Source: Camelus dromedarius (taxonomy: Eukaryota). Taken from it: a stretch of DNA of 64,000 nucleotides. This document shows positions 30,540 through 64,000 of this stretch, piece after piece. The DNA lies in the NCBI RefSeq assembly GCF_036321535.1, contig NC_087451.1:19034001-19098000 (forward strand), in the 5' to 3' direction. The stretch's first letter is position 1. Every line of letters begins with the position of its first letter. A program made the position numbers and the translations under genes. The notes under the pieces are model-generated. The model did not search any database and was not told the origin of the DNA. It was given only the letters and a program-made list of their open reading frames with translations.

Positions 30540-33230
30540 CATCATGGTACTTGGAGCCGCCACTGCTGAGATACTTACTATGTGCCAAATCCAGTGCTAA
30601 GCATTTCATCAACATAGTCTCATTTTAGCACCCAAAGGGACCACAGAGAGGCAGGGGCTAGTATCAACCCCACTGCACAGATGAAGAAATTGAGGCTTTA
30701 AATACTCTAGACTCCTCACTTGCAGGCAGTGAGAACATAGTGGTGGGGTGATTTGCCCCGGGTCTCACTGTGTACCAAGCTGGGTTTGGATCCAGCTCTC
30801 CTGAGATGAACTGCCCCACCACTGGCCACTGCCCTATGAGGGCTTATGGGAGTTGGAGAAGACACTAGTTATGGGGCCCTGGGCAAGTTACTTAACCTTT
30901 CTGTATGTCGGTGTCCTTGTCTGTGACGTGGGGATGATGAAAATTTCCCACTTCGTAGGGCTGTTGTAAAGAATAATCCAGCTGATGCCAAGCAGTGCTT
31001 AGAAAGGGGCCTGGCCCACGGTAAATGCTCAGAAAGTGCTCACTCTTATCATCCTGGAACTCAGTCCTGGAAAATGGTGGGGGGAAGTGGTGAAGAGCAA
31101 GGGGCAGAAATCAGGCTTCACAGTACGTTTGATGGCTCTGTGGTTTTTAGTTTTTTAATTTGTTTTCACCTTTTCTCTACTCTTCACTGGCTGTGTGATC
31201 TCAGAGGTGTGACTGAGGTGGGGAGCTGAGCGCTGCTGCCAGATACACTCCATCTCTTGCTGGTCCCTCTGCCTGGAATGTTCTTTCCTCAGACAGCCCC
31301 ATGCCTTGCCGCCCCACCTCCTTTAAGCCTTGACTCAAAAGTCACCTTCCCCCGGAGGCCCTCCCGGCCACCCTGTGCCCCATCAAGCTTCCTCTCTCTC
31401 TCCCCTACTTTATTTTCCTCCTTGGCATTTAGTGAAACATACTGTTCATTCATCTCTAAAATGTAACTTCCAAGGGAGGGAGGGATTTTTGTCTGCTTTG
31501 TTAACTGCTATCTCCAGTGCTTAGAACAGTGCCTAATACATAGTGGGAGATGAAAACAATTTTTTGGTAAATGAACCTACTTTCTTCAAGTCTGCCTGGA
31601 GTGTGTCCACCTTCAGGAAGGACACCATCCTCCGTCCTGGACTGAGCTGGCCCGGAGCTGCGGGTGGCGAGTGTAACTTGACCACTCCTGGGGCGATCAC
31701 GCTTTGCCTGATATACTTCCAGGGCTTTACATGTGTTGCCTCATTTAATGGTTTCCTCAAAACGGCCACCCAAAGTTAGTATTTAGATTAGCCCAATTTT
31801 ACAGATGAGGAAACTGAGGCTCACAGAGGGATTTACCTTGCTCAAGGTCACACAACTTGCGGGCAGCGGAGTCAAAATTCAAATCCAGGCCTGAGTGAAC
31901 CCAGATGCTGAGCCCTTCCCTCTGCCACACTGCCGGGTCCTGCCCGAAGGGGCCTATGGCCGGCCAGCGGGCTGCCGACGTCACCGCACAAGGTCTCACG
32001 TGCTAAGTGCTAACTGTGTGGGGAGTGAGGGACTCCACCCTCTCCCTCACTCCCCGCATCCAGCAGTCTGGATCTGCGGCCCAGCTTGGGAATGGCTCTG
32101 GAAGCCTTCCCTCTAACCCGCCTCTGGCCCCAAATTAGCTCAGGGCCTTGTTAACACTCTCCTGATTCAAGGCCATGGCCTCCCAGCTAGTCCCCTGCCT
32201 CCATCCAGCCTTCCTCTCACTGAGGGTCAACAGCCCCAAAGCAGCTCAGGTGGGATCACTCCTGGGCTCAGCAACCTGCAAGGGCCTCCACTCCAGAAGC
32301 TCAGATTCCTCAGCCAGGTATTTGAGAGTCCAGTCCCCCTCTTCCTTTCTAATCGTGCCTTGTCCCAGTCTCCCTTCAAGCACCCTGTGCGCTCTCCAAT
32401 CTCAACACGTCCCACACCTCCACGCCTTTGCCTCTGCTGGTCCTCCTGCCAGAAATGCAACCTTTCCCCAACCTCGTCCCCAAATCCTTCCAAAATGTTA
32501 AGATCGACCTCAAATACCACCTCCCACTTAGCCCTCCCTCACCTACCGGACAAGGACAATCTCTCCTTCCCCCCAGTTCATCAGCGTTTTGTGGCCCTGC
32601 GGCCAGCACCCAGCAGCAGATGCTAGGTTCTCCCTCCCTAGGCTGAGACTCCCTGAGTCACTAAGCACCCTAGTCTTCTGGAATGGATTGGTGCAGGTGC
32701 TAAGTTCTGCAGAAATTGGGCAGAAGTTTGTGCGCATGTCTGTGTGGGGTGCACCAAGAGGCCCGCAGAAAGCTCCAGCAGGGCAGCAGAGGACAGCATA
32801 TAAGAACACAGGATCTGGAACCTGACTGCCTGGGTTCAAATCCACCTTTACTTCTTACTGGTTAAGTGGCTTTGAGCAAATTACTCCTCCGGGCCTCGGC
32901 TGTCTCATCTGAAAAAGGGAGGTAGTTAGAATTCCCCCTTCCACCTCGCACTGGGAAGAGTAAATGAGTGATCAAATGTAAAAGCATTGACAACAGTGCC
33001 TGGTACACAGTAAGTGCTAAATAAGCGTTTACTGCTGTGGTTACTAGCCAGGCCCCAAGAAGGGGCTCAGTGCTTGCAGAGGGCTGACAGTGGCTGCCAC
33101 AGGCCCCCAAGCTGCCCCTACTTTCCAGGACATTTCCCATGAGCTACTTATAGCCCTGTTGGAAGATAGGCAAGCCAGGTGATTGGCCCCATTTCACAGA
33201 TGAGGAACTGAGGCTCACGTAGGGAAAGTG
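30540..33230. mobile_element. Cluster of MIR and L2 fragments in ZBTB4 intron 1
   Basis: MIR cores near 30560-30720 (-), 30870-31050 (+), 31790-31900 (-), 32800-33030 (+), 33150-33230 (-); L2 3' end near 31240-31530 (+). Boundaries approximate. Confidence 0.6.
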
Positions 33231-33418
33231 CCAGTGAGGAAGCAGCACGGCCTAAACTCCTCAGTGCTGGTCTAGGCCTCCTTCCCCTCCACTGGGCCGT
33301 GGCGCACTTGTTGTGCAGGCCTGACAGCAGCCAGCCTGCCCCCAGGCAGGAGGACCTGGCCACAGTGTCCTCCCTGCCCCCCATACACGCACGCTCCCAG
33401 CCAGGCAGGTGTGGTACA

Positions 33419-33558
33419 NNNNNNNNNNNNNNNNNNNNNNNNNNNNNNNNNNNNNNNNNNNNNNNNNNNNNNNNNNNNNNNNNNNNNNNNNNNNNNNNNN
33501 NNNNNNNNNNNNNNNNNNNNNNNNNNNNNNNNNNNNNNNNNNNNNNNNNNNNNNNNNN
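33419..33558. other. N-gap (140 nt)
   Basis: Run of N. Confidence 0.99.
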
Positions 33559-34849
33559 AGACCCTTCCACAGTCGCGGGAGCGGCCCAATGTGCGTCACA
33601 GAAGAGACGGAAAAGCAGAGATACCCGAGAGGGGGGCAGAGAGAGGGCGAAGCAGAAGGAGGAGACTGAAAACTTCATGTTTCTTTTTTCCATTGCAGTG
33701 ACAAGAGTCACACCCGGCCTTTACGTAAACATGGCCAAGGAGCCACTCGGTCCAAGCTCAGTTTCCTTGCAGCCACCAGGCCTCTCCTCCCGGTGACCCT
33801 GACACGCTGGGCGGGCCAGTGAGGGGCCAGCACACAGACCCTGCACAGACCAGCTGGGCCACCCCGACGACACCCAAGCCTCCCGCCTGCTGCCCTTGCT
33901 CTGCCCCATATTTATCTCCCTGGCTTCTTCATAACATATCCCTACAGCAGCCCCACACAGCCAGTTAAACACACAGAAGCAGACACGCACACGCAGCCTG
34001 CGGTTGATCTCTGGAGTCTGAGGCCCACATTGCCCTTGTCACGCCACCTCCCTCCCCACAAGTGTTTTCTGACCAGCTTGCCTCCCAGCCCAACAGCACG
34101 GACAGGCTCCCACAAACAACGTCACAAAAGAATCCCGCGGGGAATGTTGCAAACACATAACCTTCCCCTCCCCTCACTGGGCTGCCCATGAGCCCATAAA
34201 CACAACCTGCACGTGCCCCCCGGAGCCCCTCACACCAGCACCAGCCGTCTCATGAGTACCTGAGACACACCCTGGAGCTTTTCACTTCCTGCAGGACCCT
34301 CAGGACCTGAGTTCTAGACACACACATTCCCCACGCACCCAGCCACCCGCTTGTCACACGGACCCACAAACCCATCCAGCGGGTCATCCATGCCAAGACT
34401 GGGCCACACCTCAGCAGGGCCACAGAAATGGGACCCGGACCTGACACCTTCTGACTCAAAGGTACACAACCGCCCCCTCCAACTAGGCACACGCAGCCCC
34501 CACTCCGGTGCCCTCCACAGCACTTACCCTTACCGGTATGCAGAAAACAATAGTTCATAAATAGTTCATATGTGCAGCACCAGACACATACATGCAAGAA
34601 ACACATGCTGGTATAAAACACACATAAAACCCCACATCTAACAAACTCCGCAGGTATTGCACCCTGCTTTGGATGCGGACCTGTCACCCAAAGCCGCAGG
34701 GCCACATCTTGTAATTCTGCCCCACAACACTGGACACCCCTCCATCTGGCTTTCTATCCCCGTGGCCCGGTAGGGCCCTGCCGGACCCCTGGCTGCTAGA
34801 CCAGCAAACAGTAGTGCCCAGGAGTGGTTTACCTTGCCCCACAACACAG

Positions 34850-35860
34850 CAGGAGACACACAATCTCCAGGACTCACAGCCACAACCCTGACCCGACGGC
34901 GCGGCGGCTCCGGGGCCCCTGCTCGCCCTGCGCACCCCGCACACCCCAACTCTGGGGCGCTCGGCGGCCCACCCCTCCCCCTCTCTGGCTGGCTCCTACG
35001 CCATCGCCCTCCCAGCAGCTTGCAGCGCCGGCCCGGGCTCACACCCGCCCCACCCCACCCCCAACCTGCCCCACGGCGGGAGGGGGACATGGGGCTGCAG
35101 AATTAACCCTTCAAGTGGGGAGTGAGCGCGGCCCTGTCCACGGCGCCAGGCGATCGCAGCCCCCTGCCGCCGCTGGGTCGGACGACGTACCGGGGCCCCC
35201 TAAGTCGCCCCCCAGCGCCGTGCGCACTTGGAGGCGGGGCCAGGCTTAGCCCCCGACCCCTGAGCCCCCAGGTCAAGCCCAAAGGGGAGCGGTCGCGGCG
35301 CGGGGTGCAGCCCGGGCCCCCGCGGCGCCGGGCAGCGGGGAGGGNNNNNNNNNNNNNNNNNNNNNNNNNNNNNNNNNNNNNNNNNNNNNNNNNNNNNNNN
35401 NNNNNNNNNNNNNNNNNNNNNNNNNNNNNNNNNNNNNNNNNNNNNNNNNNNNNNNNNNNNNNNNNNNNNNNNNNNNNNNNNNNNNNNNNNNNNNNNNNNN
35501 NNNNNNNNNNNNNNNNNNNNNNCGCCCGGCCCCGGCCCGGCCCCGCCGCCGCCGCCGCCGCCGCCGCTGACATCATCGGCTCCCCCCGCCCCGGTCCTAC
35601 CCCCACCCCCACCCCCGGAAACAGTACCCCTCCAGCGCCGCCGCCGCCGAGAGGAGGCCGGCGCAGCGCAGCCGGCACAGACACCAGCTCCGGGCTCGGG
35701 CTTGGGGAGAGCGCGCCCGACGGCCTGCGTCCGGACCGATCCCGGGAAGGAAACGGCGCCGCGCAGGGCCGCGGGACTGGTGGGCACCGAGCCGGGCGCC
35801 GGCCTGGCTGCAGCATCAGCTCAGGGCCGCACGACCACCTACTCCCTGGGAAGGGGCTTC
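34850..35860 (-). promoter_or_regulatory. CpG island: proximal ZBTB4 promoter and first exon (donor probably inside the 178-nt gap 35345-35522)
   Basis: Very high CpG density, (CCG)8 at 35543-35566, GC boxes. Confidence 0.7.
35543..35566. repeat. (CCG)8 / (CGG)8 trinucleotide repeat
   Basis: Read directly from the sequence. Confidence 0.95.
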
Positions 35861-36680
35861 CCCCGCCCCCTGCATGCCCTTCACTCAGCGGTGCACACCG
35901 CCCAGAGCACGCACACCCTCTCCGCAGACACGCAACGTGGCAGGCTCACAATCAGGCCCAGTGGGACCCGCAGACCCAGGCCCAACCTACCCACAGGGAC
36001 AGCCCTGGACACAGGCACAAACACACACTCTCCCCAGAAATGCACCGGGAACCCCACCAGGCCGCCGGCCGGGAAGGCCCCAGCCCTACAGAACAGGTAC
36101 ACATAAATGACTACCAGCGCAGATGAATACGCAGCTTGCTATTTTGTCCCCACCGGCAGAAATATCCACATCTATATACTGTGCGTAAATGCAGAAGCCT
36201 TGGTGTGGGTCTCCTGGGACAGCACCAACACCACCAGGTGGAGGCACACGCAGAAGAAGCACATTCCTGAAACTCCAGAGGGACAGTCTCTGCGACTCCT
36301 CCCTGGTGTTCAAAAATTCAAAACTTAGGACATAGGAGCTGGCCCGCAGAGGTCCTTTCCAAAAAAACCTTTCTGAAACAGGCGAGACATAAACAAACAA
36401 GTTAATTAAAAACCAAAGATGTCTCATCACAAAGGTAGTCAAAAAGAGGAAAAAAAAGAATCAGATGGACTTTGGAGTCACAGGGACAAAGGTGTAAAGC
36501 AAGGAGACTTAGAAACAGTGAGAAAAGAGGCCTACCCTCCACCTCAAGGAGGTTCCAGGGAAGAACCTCCCACTCTCCACCTCAGGAAGGTTCCAGGGAA
36601 GAACCCCAGGTCACAATGGCTGGAGTTCTGAAGGGCCCAGGCTCCCTGAGCCAGGAGGAGAGGAGGAAGTCCAAGGAAAG

Positions 36681-38151
<1,471 letters not shown>

Positions 38152-39429
38152 GATCGAACTTGAGAGCCTGACGCGGAGGTCAGGGGTAAATAAAAGGAAA
38201 GACTGGAATACAAATATGGGAGAACAAGTGACTGGAAAAGAACTGGTATGGGAGAGGAACACCCCTTGGAGTCAAAGGTGACTTGGGGACTTGGTGGAGA
38301 GGGACTGTCTAGAAGACCTGGAACAAGCCTGGAGACCAAGATATTGGAGTCTAGGCTGGGGTTTGGGGATCAGGGCATAACTAAGGCATAAGTGAGGTCT
38401 GAGGAGCAGATCAAAGGGACTAAGGCAGGCAGGCAGGCCATAAGCCATGGAGAGGATTCTTCCCTCGGCAGCAGATAGCAGAGCCTCGGGGCTGGAGTGT
38501 TTGGGGCTTTCAGGCAAACAGAGCAAGCAGCTGCTCTGGAGAAAGGAGTGTGTTTTTTTCCCCCCTGAGCAATGGTTTCCCTTCCTCGTGGTTATGCCTT
38601 CCCACCTTGGGGTGGTGACGTTATATTGACATCAAACACGGACCACTCTGAATGTGGCTGTGCAGTTGGTGTCATCTCTGCTTTGGAAGGACAGTGGAAG
38701 CCCTACCCTCTGCTCTCATTGGAGAATCCCTTGGGATCCCCACACCCCCCTAACCCCATCTTATTTTTGAAATATTCTAGAAGGGGGAGGATTTCCTAAT
38801 GTTCAGATGCCTTGACCCCGAGTCCCCTAGGATTTCTGTGTCCCGCCCCATGGCTAATCTGCTTTTCCTGGATTGTCGCGGTCCCGTGATCTCTCCCGGA
38901 CAGGGGCCAGCGTCCTTTCGGAGCAGGCCTCTGAGCTGAGGCCTCTTCGAGCGGCTCAGGCAGGGGGTCCATGACAAGAGCTCCTTACAGCGCTCCATCA
39001 GAGGCTAGGAGATGCCCACCCGTCCCAGGAGGCCGCTCAACAGATATCAGCTACTTCCGGACCAGCAATTGGCATCGCCATCTTGATCTGTTCTTGCATA
39101 TTCAGCGCGATTGCTGCATATTCATGACTAAGGACGGCCCCAGCACTCCCCCCTTGGGGAACCCACTCGGGAGGATATGACCGGCCCGCCTCCTTCATTA
39201 CCGATTCTCAGAACAGACCATTTTCTAGCCGGGGGTGGTGATATTAATAAGAAACTTTGGCTGAAGATGAAAACGCACTCCAAACTAGAATAAAACCAGT
39301 TTATATTTACCTTCGATCCTTCAAACCTTAAACCTCAGTGCAGGAGGGAGTAGCAAGGGGAGGCGGCGGGATAAAAACGTTCCCTTCCCTCTCGTCATTT
39401 CAAAAGGTCACCCAACCAGGGAACCGGGG

Positions 39430-62396
<22,967 letters not shown>

Positions 62397-62804
62397 GGGT
62401 GAGCAGCACGCAGTGGCACCTGGCTAGGTGAAGGGCGGCTCTGGGGGTGCTTGTCCTCTCCCCTCCCCCATGGGGTGCAGGCTCCTGGTCTGGCTCCCTT
62501 GTACATAGTTCCTGGTGACAAAGTTCCCTGTTGAAGTTCTGGTCCCATTTCTGCCAGGCCTTCTGTCTTGTCCTCCACTTGTGCTGTCTCAGAACCCACT
62601 CACCTGGCTGTGGTGTTCTCCTTCCTGGCCCCTAACCCAGGCCTGTCCCCAAATCAAGGATCCCTTCTTGCCTGTGGCTTGATTGGGGGGTAAAGGGTAT
62701 TTTAACTTCTTAGGGGTAGTTCCTGCTCTGGTTGTTACATCTGATCCTCGGGAAGAACAAAGCGAAAGCTGCCTTTTGTCTGTTATTTTATTTTTTGAAG
62801 TTTA

Positions 62805-62810
62805 AATAAA
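62805..62810 (+). terminator. POLR2A polyadenylation signal AATAAA
   Basis: T-rich upstream element and GT-rich gtgtgtgcattgagtg downstream. Confidence 0.8.
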
Positions 62811-63724
62811 GTTTACTAATTTTGACCAAAAGTGTGTGCATTGAGTGCTTATTTGGGAGGCAGGAATACCCAGGCCCTTCTCCCTTCCCTAGGCTGCTGA
62901 TCCATTTATCATGTCTTAGCTGAGCCCTGCTCCAGGGAGAGGCGGGGAAATGAGCGCAGACAGTGCGTCTTTCACTGAACACGTGCTCTGTGCGCGGGCT
63001 TCGTGGTCGAACAGATGTGGGCCTCCGTCCTGCATTAAAGCAGTATTGACATAAAATCTTTTTAACTGATTTTCCTGATTATCAAAATACGTAATTTAGA
63101 ACAGTACAAAAAAGTGTAGTTGGGAAGCAGGAGAATTATTGCTGGTAAGGCCACCACCAGGAGGCATATTTTCTTCGGGTATTTTTCCTACAGTTTTCTC
63201 AGATCACTTCCAACCAGTCTCTGGCCTCCAACTAACAATGAGATTATGGATACTAGAAAGTTTCAAAGCTGAGGTTAAAGGACTTAGTGATAATTTGCTG
63301 TCTCCAGTTGGCCATATTCTGTTTCATTAGTTCCTTAATGTGGACATCCACTTTCTGTGTCCTCTGCAAATTGTGCTTCACCTCAGGTGTTTTAAATTTA
63401 TTTTAAACTTTGAAATAGTTCAAAGAATAGAAAGTAACATGGCCTGGATCTATTTATCACTAAGATTATAGATGCTAGGTACCATTTTGCAATATTTAAT
63501 CCAGATCTTACATTGTTTTGAAAGAGATGACTTATTTTTATGGAAGGATACATGTTTATTATAAAAGATCCAAGCACTGTAGAAAGAAAAAAAAAAGTAA
63601 GATCTCCCTAATTCCCACCACCAAGAGACTACTGCTGGCAATTGGTGAACGTAATTGCAGACATCTCACTATGTAGAATGACAGGAGATTAGATAGAAAT
63701 TGTTTAATGGGATAATTTACATAT

Positions 63725-64000
63725 GGTCTTGAGTTTGGGCTGCTAACACAATACCGTAGACGTGTTTATAAACATTTCTCATTTCTGGAGGCTGGGAAGC
63801 CAAGATCAAGGCACTGGCAGATTCTGTGCCTGGTGAGGGTTTGGTGCCTGGTGAGGGTTTGCTCCCTGGTTCACAAAAGGCCAACTTCTCACTGTGTCCT
63901 CACTTGGCGGAAGGGGAGCTCTCTGGAGCCTCATAATGAAGTCACTAATCCCATTCATGAAGGCTCCACCCTCATGACTTAAGCACCTCTTAAAAGCCCC
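63725..64000 (-). mobile_element. MLT1A-type MaLR LTR (truncated by window end) with an internal 18-bp tandem duplication
   Basis: ctggaggctgggaagccaagatcaaggcactggcagattc...cactaatcccattcatgaaggctccaccctcatgac; gtgcctggtgagggtttg x2 at 63826-63861. Confidence 0.8.

Noticed and set aside
34549-34570. 11-bp tandem duplication aatagttcata x2
   Set aside because: Ordinary micro-duplication in a CA-rich intron.
35103-36126. Long ORFs on both strands across the ZBTB4 CpG island
   Set aside because: They span an N-gap and GC-rich DNA; only the ATG-ATG-(GCG)8 segment was kept as a lead.
63154-63167. CTCF-like CCACCAGGAGGCAT downstream of POLR2A
   Set aside because: Mismatch in the core, and a single motif hit is not enough without ChIP data.

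Overview
Mammalian genomic DNA, most likely from a camelid (three copies of a tRNA-derived SINE matching the camelid Vic-1 family), syntenic with human 17p13.1. Gene order: 3' end of a probable SPEM3 ORF (+), TMEM102 (+), FGF11 (+; canonical exon 1 not visible, inferred to lie in an N-gap), CHRNB1 (+, 11 exons, 504 aa), ZBTB4 (-, about 1019 aa), a disabled SLC35G3/G6-type gene nested antisense in ZBTB4 intron 1, and POLR2A (+, 29 exons summing to 1970 aa, 52-heptad CTD; exon 24 mostly in a gap). There are eight N-gaps and the usual MIR/L2/L1/MER/LTR relics. I found no prokaryotic, CRISPR, rRNA or true tRNA features and no wholly new gene system. The strongest unusual signal is that the SLC35G locus carries several independent inactivating lesions. 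Other leads: promoter-like islands inside CHRNB1 introns 2 and 9, an FGF11 alternative acceptor giving a short MSLSP isoform, ZBTB4 uORFs including a CGG-repeat poly-Ala one, and a GC-AG intron plus poison-splice candidates in POLR2A. All comparisons with human or yeast proteins are from memory, not from alignments I ran.
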